In this document: positions 24,119-36,562 of the stretch, one piece after another
Numbering within the stretch: the stretch's first letter is position 1
Layout of the letters: every line of letters starts with the position of its first letter
Source: Octopus vulgaris
Lineage: Eukaryota
Direction: 5' to 3'
NCBI GenBank assembly: GCA_951406725.2
Contig: OX597814.1
Coordinates: 169,694,001 to 169,758,000, forward strand
Length of the DNA: 64,000 nucleotides
Notes under the pieces: model-generated
What the model was told of the DNA's origin: nothing
Database searches by the model: none
The model's input: only the letters and a program-made list of their open reading frames with translations
Program-made: the position numbers and the translations under genes

Positions 24119-24275
24119 TGAGTAAGCACATAAATGCAAAACAAGGGGGGAAAATAGTACTTGAATACCAAAGGTAGAGTAATATGCTACATAACAACAG
24201 TCCGATGAACAGAAACGAGTAGCAGTTTTTTTTGTGATATTTTTGCAACTTTAATAATATATATATATATTTACA
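23500..24275. repeat. Near-perfect inverted duplication of a Penelope-like terminus
   Basis: 23520-23720 matches the reverse complement of about 24050-24256, differing by one base in a C/G run within the non-microsatellite part. Confidence 0.9.
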
Positions 24276-25476
24276 TATATATATATTTATATGTATGCAT
24301 GTACTTATGTATGTATAAATGTATGTATTATATATGTTTGTATGTATTATGTATGCATGCATGTATGTATGCATGTATGTTTGTATGTATGCATACACAT
24401 ATGACATACATTCCTGCACCTATCATACCAAATAATCCAAATGCACAAGATTTCTATTGTGGTTCAGTCTCGAAGCAGGAAATTTTAATTAAAATCTAGA
24501 AATGACTTCCTTAATTTTGCTTGTATTGAATACATTTTAACCCTTTAGTGTTCAGATTGGTCTGGCAAATGTAATGTCTATTTATTCACAATGCTTTGAA
24601 TTTATCATGAATTATCTCATAACTTCAAAATTTCAATGATGTGAGTGTTTACTTTTAGAATGACACTGTAGGGTTAGTGTAAAAGAGTAATTAATCATAT
24701 AGATTAATGCCATGAATTGTGGTCCATAATGTGATACATATGTTAAACCCTTAACGATAGTTAAATCAGTATTTCTGCTCTTTTATAGCATGCCAGGCTC
24801 AGAGGTCTGTAAAGGGAATAAATGAATGTATGAATGAATGAATGAATAAATAAAAATAAAAATAAATATTGGTGCTAACCTTTCATACATCTAGAATAAA
24901 TCATTTATCACAGGTTCGTCATTATCATGATCACCACCACCACCCATCACCCTTCATCCCCATCACCACCACCACACCACTACCACCACTACCATACCAC
25001 CATAACCACCACCACCATCATCATCATTATTAGTATCATTGTTTTAATGACCATTTTCCCATATGTGCATGGGTTGGATGGGGCTAATTCGAGCAGATTT
25101 TTTTAATAGCTGGATGCCATTCCTGTCACCAACCCTCATCTGTTTCCAAGTGAGGTGATATTTTCCTTTGGTTTAACAGGTTTCCATTGAAGACTGAAAA
25201 TGAACGAGACTGCGCCTATGATAGCGACAAGCCACTTACAACTATCATGAAATGTGAAGACAAAGGTATTCCATTGGTTATGATGGTGAAGATTCCAGTT
25301 AATCTAACCAATGGAATAGCCTGTTTGTAAAAGTATTTGCATGGGACTGAGTACTCCACAAACACAACTACCCTTAACTTAGTCCTCAGGGAGATTCAGT
25401 GTGACACAGAATGTGATAAGGCTAGCCCTTTGAATTACAGGTACAACTCATTTTTGCTAGCTGAGTGGACTTTTTT

Positions 25477-25828
25477 TTTTTTACTTGTTTCAGTCCTTTG
25501 ACTGCGGCCATGCTGGAGCACCGCCTTTAATCGAGCAACTCAACCCCAGGACTTATTCTTTGTAAGCCCAGTACTTATTCTATCAGTCCTTTTTGCTGAA
25601 CCGCTAAGTGACAGGGACATAAACACACCAGCATCGATTGTCAAGCAATGCTAGGGGGACTAACACAGACACACATATATATATACATACATACGACGGG
25701 CTTCTTTCAGTTTCCGTCTACCAAATCCACTCACAAGGCTTTGGTTGGCCCGAGGCTATAGTAGAAGACTGAACCCGGAACCATGTGGTTGGTAAACAAG
25801 CTACTTACCACACAGCCACTCCTACGCT
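25477..25828 (-). mobile_element. tRNA-derived SINE C
   Basis: Reverse complement of 60655-61077. Other copies or parts at 16600-16797, 26800-27012, 46095-46258 and 54390-54632. Confidence 0.85.
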
Positions 25829-25977
25829 TGGAGCAATGTGAAATATAGTGTCTTGCTTAAGGACTTTATGCGCTGCTGGGAATTGAACTCACGACCTTAC
25901 AAGCTCTAGAAATTGTTCTTATGGATACTGCTCCCATTCTAAGGAAAACACTATCAACCTGAGAATATCTGATTCTT

Positions 25978-26205
25978 TTAACTCTTTAACATTAAAATTA
26001 TTCTGTCACATGTAATGCTTATTTATTCACATTGTTTTGAATTAGTCATGCATTATCTTATAGCTTTGATATTTTGATGAAGCCATTGTTTATTCATAGA
26101 ATAACATTGTCAGGTAGGTGTGAGAGTCCAGATCTGGCTGGTTTGAGCATACAACAGATAGATTATTTGAGCCAGATGTGGCCAGTTTAAATACTAAAGG
26201 GTTAA
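25978..26205. mobile_element. piggyBac-like MITE, second family
   Basis: TTAA|CTCTTTA...TAAAGGG|TTAA. Partial copies at about 16529-16600, 24537-24690, 42970-43135, 46468-46627 and 55420-55615. Confidence 0.75.
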
Positions 26206-26232
26206 ACTCTTTTTAAGATTGCAAATAATATA

Positions 26233-26397
26233 GGTATAGGAGTGGCTGTGTGGTAAGTAGCCTGCTTACCAACCACATGGTTCCAGGTTCAGTCCCACTA
26301 CATGACACCTTGGGCAAGTGTCTTCTACTATAGCCTCGGGCTGACCAAAGCCTTGTGAGCGGATTTAGTAGACGGAAACTGAAGGAAGCCCGTTGTA

Positions 26398-26469
<72 letters not shown>

Positions 26470-26724
26470 CCAGTGGCACGTAAAAAGCACCATCCGATCG
26501 TGGCCGTTTGCCAGACTCGTCTGGCACCTGTGCCGGTGGCACGTAAAAAGCACCCACTACACTCATGGAGTGGTTGGCGTTAGGAAGGGCATCCAGCCGT
26601 AGAAACATTGCCAGATCAGACTGGGCCTGGTGCAGCCTTCTGGCTTCCCAGACCCCAGTTGCACCGTCCAACCCATGCCAGCATGGAAAGCAGACGCTAA
26701 ACAATGATGATGATGATGATGATG
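26233..26724 (+). mobile_element. Composite SINE: C-type tRNA head, (TA)n, module A
   Basis: A-box TGGCTGTGTGG and B-box GGTTCAGTCCC head, then (TA)n, then module A in the same orientation. Confidence 0.75.
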
Positions 26725-27396
26725 AATGTTCTGTATTCTAGAGCTGTGTGAAAATAGTTGTTCAGATCATCGTTGTTGCCATCATCACTGATATATATAT
26801 GTGTGTGTGTGTGTATATGTTTGTCCCTCCAACATTGCTTGACAACCGATGCTGGTGTGTTTACGTCCCCGCAACTTAGCGGTTCGGCAAAAAGACTGAT
26901 AGAATAAGAACTAGGCTTACAAAGAATAAGTCCTGGGTTGATTTGCTCGACTAAAGGCGGTGCTCCAGCATGGCTACAGTCAAATGACTGAAACAAGTAA
27001 AAGAGTAAAAGAATACAAAACTTTAAACTTTTAACCCATTTCCACCTGTTGCCACACCTTTCACTCCATCTTAAAAACCAGTCACACATTTCCATATTCT
27101 CTAGCCAAGTTAATGGAAAAGAGATTATTTCAGGTATTGGTCAGAGCTGGTAATTATTCTTTTGTGGTCATGTGAAGTTCTTGTCCATTTTCAGAAAGGG
27201 AGAGGCATGTAATTGGCTACCTTGAAATTTCGTAAATGAATTTCTTGACAAGACAGTGGTGTCTCTAATGAAATACCTCTCACACGTTATTTCATTGTCT
27301 TGGAACTGACGTATGTTCAGCAATTCTTTCTGGTTCACCATGCTAGCAATATTGTTGTTTAAATTTTGGTTATAACCACATATATGGTGCTACTAA

Positions 27397-27981
27397 GGGC
27401 GGCAAGATGGCAGAAACATTAGCACGCCAGGCGAAATGCATAGCTGTATTTCGTCTGCTGTTACGTTCTGAGTTCAAATTCCGCCGAGGTCGACTTTGCC
27501 TTTCATTTTTTTGGGGTCGATAAATTAAGTACCAGTTACGCACTGGGGTCGATGTAATCGACTTAATCCCTTTGTCTGTCCTTGTTTGTTCCCTCTGTGT
27601 TTAGCCCCTTGTGGATAGTAAAGAAATAGGTATTTCGTCTGCTGCTACGTTCTGAGTTCAAATTCCGCCGAGGTCGACTTTGCCTTTCATCCTTTTGGGG
27701 TCCATAAATTAAGTACTAGTTACGCACTGGGGTCGATGTAATCGACTTAATCCGTTTGTCTGTCCTTATTTGTCCTCTCTGTGTTTAGCCCCTTGTGGGT
27801 GGTAAAGAAATAGGTATTTCGCCTGCCCCTACATTCTGAGTTCAACTTCCACCGAGGTCGACTTTGCCTTTCATCCTTTCGGGGTAGCTAAATTAAGTAC
27901 CAGTTACGCACTGGGGTCAACATAATCGACTTGCTCTGTTTGTCCCCTCTGTGTTTAGCCCCTTGTGGGTAGTAAAGAAAT
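27397..27981 (+). mobile_element. Tandem trimer of SINE B within one TSD
   Basis: Three units; ATATATGGTGCTACT at 27380-27394 and 27982-27996. Confidence 0.9.
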
Positions 27982-28984
27982 ATATATGGTGCTACTTATT
28001 TCAAGGCATTGACTTGATGCTCATTTGATATCAGAAATTATGATGTTTCTCTCATTCTCTTCTTCCCCCTCTCTCTCTCTCCTTTCCTCTCACTGTCTCT
28101 CTCTCTCTCTCTCTGTTTATGTGTGGGGTCATATTTCTCTTTATGTGTGTGATGAGAAGGGAAGTATTTATATCAATCATGTTCAATTAATAAATTGTAA
28201 CATCTTTCTCTCTTTCCCTTGCTCTCGCTCTCTCTCTCTCTCTTTCTCTCTCTGTATGTGTATATTTCTGTGCATGCATGTGTGTGTGTTTGTTTTCTGT
28301 GCCAAAAACTATTGCCTATTTCTTTATTACCCACAAGGGGCTAAACACAGAGGGGACAAACAAGGACAGACATAGGTATTAAGTCGATTACATCGACCCC
28401 AGTGCGTAACTGGTACTTAATTTATCGACCCCGAAAGGATGAAAGGCAAAGTCAACCTCGGCGGAATTTGAACTCACAACGTAACGCAGACGAAATACCG
28501 CTAAGCACTTCGCCTGGCATACTAACGTTTCTGCCAGCTCGCTGCCAAAAACTATTGCCACCAAACAGTTGCCCCCACATCATCTCATTCCAGTGTTTAA
28601 ATGTCTATTTTAATAAATGTCTCTCTCTATGTAACTGTCATTTCCTTTCTCTATTTATCCTTTCTTTAAATCTATTAAATTTTGGTGAGATGTATATATA
28701 TTGCCATATTGTTGTCAAAGCCTTCACACACCATAATCTCAGTGGACTCCCCCCCCCCCCGCCGTTGCTTATTGTTTGATGAAGAGGAAATTTTTTTTCC
28801 TTTTCAAAATGTAAAAGTTTTTTTCACCCTCTAAACAACAGATGAAACTGGAAACATCTCACTTTTCTATGTAATAGGCCTACACAAATATGGCACGCAC
28901 ACAATATATTCAATTTGGGAATTTATCCTGTATTTTTTTTCAGAAACTCATGAACTACCAAAAGCACACCTGAAGTAATTCCAA

Positions 28985-29021
28985 TAACAATAACAATAAT
29001 AATAACAACAACAACAACAAC

Positions 29022-29053
<32 letters not shown>

Positions 29054-29365
29054 TGATGATGATGATGATGATGACGATGATGATGATGACGACGACGATG
29101 ATGACTACGATGATGATGATGACGATGATAATGATGATGATGATGATGACGACGACGACGATGATGACGATGATGATGACGACGACGATGATGATGATGA
29201 TGACAATGATGACGATGATGATAATGATGATGACAATGATGATGATGATGACGACTACGATGATGATGATGATGACAATGATGATGATGATGATGACGAC
29301 GATGATGACGATGATGATAATGACGATGATGATGATGATGACGACGATGATGATAATAATAACAA
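28985..29365. repeat. Compound (AAT)(AAC)(GAT/GAC)n microsatellite
   Basis: Directly visible; produces the poly-M and poly-H artefact ORFs. Confidence 0.95.
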
Positions 29366-29499
29366 TTGAGGGTTCTAAGCACTTAAAAGACTACTGAAAA
29401 CTTGTGGATATCTAAGGTTACAGGAGGTAACCTACTACCCACATAAATCCTACCAGGAATAAGACCGAACCTAAGCCACACCAAAAATAATAATAATAA

Positions 29500-29914
29500 G
29501 GATCTTTTCGGTTTGAACGGCAGTTTTTTAAAATAATTTCCACGTAACTAAACAGTTAAACTTCGTATACTGGTAAAATGTGTTTTACCAGTACACATTC
29601 TTCTCTTGGCTTTATTGAGAAAATTCTATAGTTTGTAAGATATTTGTTTTTTTCTTCAATTTCTGCAATTTTAACCAATCACTGACGTCTATTGAGGTAA
29701 AAAAAAAACACATTCTGTGCCGTATGAATATGTCCCTCGTTTAAGAAACAGATTTGGTTTATTTACATTTGTGAAGAAAAAAAGATACCCTTCCCCTTAA
29801 CCCTAACCCCAAAACAGATTGAAATGCAATAGATCGATACTAGGGTCATAATTATAGGTGACAATTTCATATGACACCGCTAGAAAAAAACTGCCGTTCA
29901 AACCGAAAAGATCC
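29500..29914 (-). mobile_element. GGATC-TIR MITE in (AAT)n
   Basis: Intact TIRs with AATAATAA on both sides. Confidence 0.9.
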
Positions 29915-30919
29915 AATAATAATAATATTATTAATAGTAGTAGTAGTTGTAGTAATGACATTCAATAAGTGTATTGAGCTCTTGCTTCGTTTACATACGT
30001 CTGTTTTTGCGCCCACCATGTATGTGATTTGTTGTGACATAACGACCATCCAAGGCCAGTTCACTACCCTTAATGCAGGCAGTTTCGGACGTACTGGGTG
30101 GGAAACCTTCGCCTTGATTGGCTTTAGCTTCATTCTTGCTGTTAATTCCTTCTTTGTGCTGCATCATGATTTCGTGAGTCATTTGTGGGGCTCCCACAAA
30201 AGTTGTTATTGAGATTCCATCTCTCTCTTTATTTGTATATACACGTGCACATGTATGTACATACACACATATATATTTCTTTATTGCCCTCAAGGGGCTA
30301 AACACAGAGGGGACAAACAAGGACAGACAAAGGTATTAAGTTGATTACATCGACTCCAGTGCGTAACTGGTACTTAATTTATCGACCCCTAAAGGATGAA
30401 AGGCAAAGTCGACCTCAGCGGAATTTGAACTCAGAACTTAACGGCTACGCATTTCGCCCGGCGCATAGTCTATAACTAATCAGTCCTCTGCCATCATTCT
30501 TTCTTTTCATATACAGTCTGTTTACGTTTGCAGTTAACACTTAATACTATATTTTGCGCTCCCTGCATGAATGGCAGTTCAGGGGTCATTCTCAACTAAT
30601 TTTTAGTTCCTTTACTGGTCATTTCAAGTGCTCATCTCTGGTTTTGTAGCCGTCTTGACAGTAGGAGAAAGAGAAGCATCTTACTGAATAGACTAAATTC
30701 TACAGGTCTGTAAGATGGTAAGGAGATCAGCAGTAGGCATTCCTGTGCCATAAGGAGACAAAAGAGACCTCACACCCTTGGGGTCAGCAAAGGTCAAATT
30801 TGTTTTACTACTACTATCGATCAATGAGAGTGCTGACTTTGGTCTTGAAAAGAACCAGTTCACCTTGTTCTATTTTTAATTACTAATAGGAAAAAATAAT
30901 ATATATATATCTTTGATAG

Positions 30920-31093
30920 ATCGCTAGCCACTAAATCTTTTTCTATTTTCTCTCCTTGTTTATTTCTGTGTTCCTTTCTGTCAAGGAGCTAGAAACGTAA
31001 AAGACTTTCTCACTTCCTGAATGTTAAACTAATACATCTTTTTGTTGTTTACACACCCATCTTTGCCTTTTGTTTTTTTTTTTTTTTTGTAAA

Positions 31094-31098
<5 letters not shown>
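30920..31098 (+). mobile_element. Short Penelope-terminus-like repeat
   Basis: CTTT-CTGTCAA-GGAGCTA-GAAACGTA-AAAG hammerhead-like relic at 30974-31003, set between (TA)n tracts. Confidence 0.4.
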
Positions 31099-31127
<29 letters not shown>

Positions 31128-31133
31128 TATATA

Positions 31134-32721
31134 TAGTGGTGGTGGTGGGGGGAATAAATATTCGTACACGTCAAAATTCTTTATTTATTTAATTTCTAAT
31201 GAACATAAATGGGATATACTAATACTATATTTGCATACACATGCATAAACTAAGAATATGCAAAAGAAAGTAATTAAGTATAGTAACTAAGGAATTTATA
31301 TTCAATTATAAATATTTAGGAGTGAAAAAAGTATTCGTGCAGAACATAAATAACTGATAATTCTGATTTAATACTTCGTAGTATAACCATTATTCAGTTC
31401 CACTTCAACCAATCTCTTCTTGTAGTTATTAATCAATGACTTGCATGTTTCTTTAGGAATTTTTTCCCATTCTTCTTGACAAATTTTCTTCAAATCTGCA
31501 ATGCACGTTGGGGCTCTTGAATGAATTCTAATTTTCAAATAATGCCACAAATTTTCAATGGGGTTCAAGTCAGGTGACTGGCTTGGCCATTCTAATAATT
31601 TTATATTGTGATCGACAATCCATTTTTCGGTAGACTTCGCCGTGTGCTTTGGGATCGTTATCCTGTTGTAAAACCCACCCTTCACAAAGCTGGAGCTTTT
31701 CTACAGAGTCTCATAAATCATTGTTCAAAATATTTTGGTACATCTCTGCATTCATTCTACCATCTATCACATGTAAATTGCCAGTACCATTTGCAGAGAA
31801 ACACTCCCCACATCATGATGTTGCCACCTCCAAACTTTACGGTAGGAATTGTGTTTTTCGGCGAATAGGCGAATTTCGTCCAAACAATTCAATTTTCGAC
31901 TCGTCTGTCCATAGAACATTTTCCCAGAATGTATCAGATTTATCTTTATGTTCATAAACAATGCCAAATGTCAAACAGGCATCTCTATGCCTTTTGGTCA
32001 ACAGCGGAATTTTTCTAGGAGAGCGTGACTTCAGTTCATTTCTATGAAGTTCATTGCTGATTGTTCGTAGTGTAACACTAGTTCTTGAAGCTAACAAATC
32101 TTCTTGCAACTCCTTTCTGTTGATCATTGCGTTTTTTTCGATTCTTCGCTTCATTTTCCTTAAAGATCTAGGGGAAATCTTGCATGGTGCATCGGATCTT
32201 ATTCTGTTTTCAACAGTTCCCGATTTTTTTTATATCTTTGAATAAATGAAGATATGGTAGAAAATGGAATACAAAGGGTCTCTGATATCTTCCTGTAACT
32301 TTTACCTCCTTTCCACTGTTCAATAATTAAGTTTTTCACTGAATTTGTGAGTTCTTTACCTTTCGCCATTATTGCGATACTACTTTATGTTGTCTCAATG
32401 CTGAATGAAGAAGCTAGTGTTTTGACACTTAAAAATGACAAGTGATAAGATTATTGGAACAAATGAGAAAGTTCTAGTAAAAAAAATTATTTTAAGAGTA
32501 TTTTGTGGCATAGAAAATCATAAATTTATTCTGTAAGAATACTTTTTTCACCCCTAAATATTTATAAATTCATTAGTTACTATAATTTATTAGTTTCTTT
32601 TGCATATTCTTAGTTTATGCATGTGTATGCATATACAGTATTGGTATATCCCATTTATGTTCATTAGAAATTAAATAAATAAAGAATTTTGACATGTACG
32701 AACATTTATTTCCCCCCACTG
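31134..32721 (-). mobile_element. Full-length Tc1 (IR/DR type) transposon
   Basis: TIRs of about 215 bp ((C/T)AGTG...CACTG) with TA flanks; paired direct repeats GGAATAAATATTCGTACA and GAAAAAAGTATTCGTGCA in the left TIR. Confidence 0.95.
31368..32369 (-). pseudogene. Tc1 transposase (DD34E-type), frameshifted
   Basis: MAKGKELT start, [27 protein letters not shown] and WPSQSPDLNPIENLW, split across several frames. Confidence 0.92.
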
Positions 32722-32940
32722 TATATATATATATATATACTTTTTGATAGTTTAAAAAAAAATTAAAAGTTAAAAAATTTATAAATTTTAAATTTTAAAA
32801 ATATATAAAAATTTATAAATATAAACAATTTTAAATTTTATATTTTTTGTATATTATATTAATTATATTTTTTTTAATGTTTTGGTTCATGTTTTCCATT
32901 GTTTGATTTGCCTAATAGTGGTTTTATCTCTAATTTAATT

Positions 32941-33555
32941 TGCACGTAAAAAGCACCATCCGTTTGTGGCCGTTGCCAGCCTCGCCTGGCCCCCCGTGCC
33001 AGTGGCACGTAAAAAGTGCCATCTGATCATGGCCGTTTGCCAGCCTCGTCTGGCACCTGTGCTGGTGGCACATAAAAAGCACCCACTACACTCACGGAGT
33101 GGTTGGCGTTAGGAAGGGCATCCAGCCGTAGAAACATTGCCAGACCAGTTGAACTGTCCAACAACCCATGCTAGCATGGAAAGCGGATGCTAAACGATGA
33201 TGATGATGATGATCATCATCATCATCATTTAGCGTCCGTTTTCCATGCTAGCATGGGTTGGACGGTTTAACTGGGGTCTGTGAAGCCGGAAGGCTTCATC
33301 AGGCCCAGTCAGATTTGGCAGTGTTTCTACGGCTGGATGCCCTTCCTAACATCAACCACTCCGTGAGTGTAGTGGGTGCTTTTTACATGTCACCTGCACA
33401 GGTGCCAGACAGTGCTGGCAAACGGCCACGAACGGATGGTGTTTTTACGTACCACTGGCACGGGGGCCAGGCGAGGCTGGCAACGGACACGAACGGATGG
33501 TGCTTTTACGTGCTACCGGCACGGGGCCAGGCGAGGCTGGCAACAGACACGGATG
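32941..33555. mobile_element. Tail-to-tail inverted pair of SINE A
   Basis: Plus copy 32941-33213 and minus copy 33214-33555 meet at (GAT)n(CAT)n. Confidence 0.85.
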
Positions 33556-33714
33556 ATGATATATACTGATGTTCACGTCGCTGAATTTTTGAATTTCTGA
33601 TATTTTAAAAAACTTTTCTTTTCTTTTTATAAGTTTTACTGTGGTTTACAGTTTTTGTAATTGCACAGTTTTTATATATTAGCAGGTACTTCCCTCCTTA
33701 ATTTTTTTAATTTT

Positions 33715-35392
33715 TAGAGGCATCTTCCAAGGTGACTTATTTTCTCTGTAACTTTTTGTAATTGCACTAACACCCTTAACAATGACACTTATGAAAGTTA
33801 AGATGGGTTACTGATGTGGGAAGAAAGGCCCATCATCGAACCATCTTCTGTTTATGGATGACCTGAAATTGTTTGGGAAATCTGAAAAACAGATACATTC
33901 CTTAACCAAAACAGTCCAAAAGTGCTGTAGTGACATCAGTATGGAATTTGGGATTACCAAACGCTCAGTACTTAATATGAAAAGAGGGAAGAAAGCAGCC
34001 TACAGAGGATTGTGGTTACCATCAGGAGAGACCATGCATGAACCCGATGGTAGTGGGTATAGATATTTAGGGATTTTGGAGCTGGATGACATTCTACACA
34101 AATAAATGAAAGTCAAGGTCAGCAAGGCGTATCAAAAAAAGATTAAGATGGCGTTGAAATCCAGCCTGAATGCCAAAAATTTGATTACCGCAATGAATAG
34201 CTAGGTACTTGTGGTGGTCAGATATAGTGCATCCATTTTCAAATGGACTAAGGAGGGTAGAAGGATGTGAAAGTTGATGATACTGCATGGGGCGCTACAC
34301 CCTAAACAAACATAAATAGACTGTGTATGTAAAGAAAGAATGGTGGCAGAGGACTAATTAGTGTAGACCATTGTATAAGAAGTGAAAGGAGAACGCTTGC
34401 CGAGTATTTGATAAATAGTGATGAAGATCTGCTGCAATATGCAGTGAAAGATATAGGTGTGAACGCAGATGAAATGATGGGCAAGGAAGAGTTTAACCAA
34501 AGAACTGAGGAGAAGAGAAAAGAAGACCTTCTTGAAATGAGAATGCATGGACAGTTTGAAAGGAATACACAAGACGTTAAGGATGATACAGAATCGTGGG
34601 CATGGCTTAAGCGAGGTGATTTGAAGCATACCACCGAAAGCCTGATCATTACTCCACAAGACCAGGCTCTCACTACCAATTCAGTGAAGTATAGCATCTA
34701 TAAAATTTCTGACACCCAGAAATGCAGACTCTGTGGAAAGGGTGTGGAAAATGTGACCCACTTGGTAAGCTGATGTGAGAGCCTTGCACAAAAAGAATAC
34801 AGACGCCACCATGATAAAGTGTGTGTGTATCTTCATTGGCTTTTATGTCGTAAATACCAATATGAAGTAACAGAAAACTGGTATGAGCATGTGCCAAGTA
34901 AAGTTATGCAGGAAGATGGAAAAGTATGGGACTATGTAGGGAGAAGTATGGGACTATGATTGTCAGATGGATCGTGTACTTGAACACTGTTGGCCGGATA
35001 TTGTCATATTGAATAAGAGAGACAAATAGTGTCAGATCATTTATGTATCCATACCAAATGACATGAATGTGGTGAGTAAAAAGGTTGAAAAAATCACCAA
35101 GTACTCTGAATTGAAAGTGGAAATGGCAAGACTGTGTGGAATGCAAGAGGATAATGTAAAAGTGATACCAGTGGTGTTCAGAGCTTCGGGCTCAATCCTA
35201 TTGAAACTTCAAAGCTTCTTAAAGCAACTGGAAATCCCATGCAAGATTGATGTCTTGCAAAAAGCAGCCTTATTGGGCACAGCGCACATCTTAAGGAAAG
35301 TATTATCTGTCTGAGGTCCTTGTTGTGACTAAAGACTCTGGTGCATTTTTACCTACACTGTGTTATGAAGGAATAATAATAATAATAATAAT
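33715..35392 (+). mobile_element. R4/Dong-like non-LTR retrotransposon, 5'-truncated
   Basis: GIFQGD, HLLFMDDLKLF, YRYLGILE, CRLCGKGVENVTHLVS*C (CCHC), PDIVI, KITKYSEL, LQKAALLGTAHILRKVL, then a (TAA)n tail. Confidence 0.92.
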
Positions 35393-35699
35393 TGTTTCTT
35401 TATTGGCTGCCAGGGCTGAACACAAAACATAGAGGACAATACACAGACAAGGGACAGTAAGGTTAAACATGTAAACAGCCAACAAACACAACGATTAACA
35501 AAGAGATTAGATCAACAATATGCTTCCCCAATAGGGGGAGTGCCACCATAAGGTGACCAATGAGGCCTCACGCACTTTGGGCCCCTTAACACAAATGGCT
35601 ACTCAGGAAGGCACCCTTTCTTCACCTTTCATTGTAGCCTATAGGCTCACACTTAGAGTAGGCCAGGCAGTGGCTATCATGGCTTTTGAATGCCCTGAT

Positions 35700-36203
35700 G
35701 CATTACCAGGCAGTGACTCTCATGGCTTCTGATCTTAATTGATTGAAAATACATGTCTTGTGTTGGTGTAAAAGATGAGCAAATATTCTGCTCAATACTA
35801 CAGATTTGCTTGTCAATTGTTTGATCTTAACCATTTGAGCATGTCTCTTAGAGGCTGACAATATGTGCATCTCTGATCACATGCAGAAGTAGTGGGGGGG
35901 GGGCATCATGGAGTTTGAATATTTTACCTCTGGAAACATGGGTGTTTTGTTCATCATCCTTAAACAAACTTTATTCAGGAACCTAAAGAAAATTTTAACT
36001 AGACCCCACCTGCAAGGCGCTGTGCTGTATATCTTGATATGAGATCACCATGTCATACACATATAGTTGTGATGCATGTGCCAGGTGTACCCTTACCAGA
36101 AGGGTAGTCATAATGGGTGTATTGGGCTTTGAATATTTGTACCTCAGAGTCATCTTGATGGCATGCACTACTCTCACTCAATAATAATAATAATAATAAT
36201 AAT
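35700..36203 (+). repeat. Dispersed (TAA)n-tailed retroposon repeat of about 500 bp
   Basis: Second copy at 36588-37140, inverted partial at 40440-40680, fragment at 18300-18382; non-coding. Confidence 0.75.
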
Positions 36204-36224
36204 GGGGACAAAGGCATTGGAGGG

Positions 36225-36562
36225 GATGATTCATACCCAGTACACACACAAGGATAAAATTTAATTTGATAAATATATTCTCAGACGAATTCATATTTCA
36301 ATAAAATGACATCAAGAGTTATTTCCCATTTATCATTTATGCATATATAGCAAAGAAAAAAAAAACATTTTGATTCACCTGTCTGCCAATTTTGAAGATA
36401 TTGAAACCAAAATAGTGAATTTGAGCCACCCACTCAATGAGTATTTCTGCCAAATTTGGTGAAAATCCGTTCAGCGGTTTTCCAGTTATTTTGCTAACAC
36501 AGACAAACAGACAAAGACGAGCAACAACAATACCCTGCTTTCACTTACACATGCAGGGAAAA
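36225..36562 (+). mobile_element. Possible non-autonomous Helentron (DINE-1-like)
   Basis: AAATTTGGTGAAAATCC, (CAGACAAA)2, ACAATACC and terminal hairpin CCCTGC..GCAGGG followed by an A-run. Confidence 0.4.

Noticed and set aside
28948-29397. Poly-His and poly-Met ORFs
   Set aside because: Translations of a (GAT)n microsatellite; the same applies to the YI/CV-repeat ORFs throughout.
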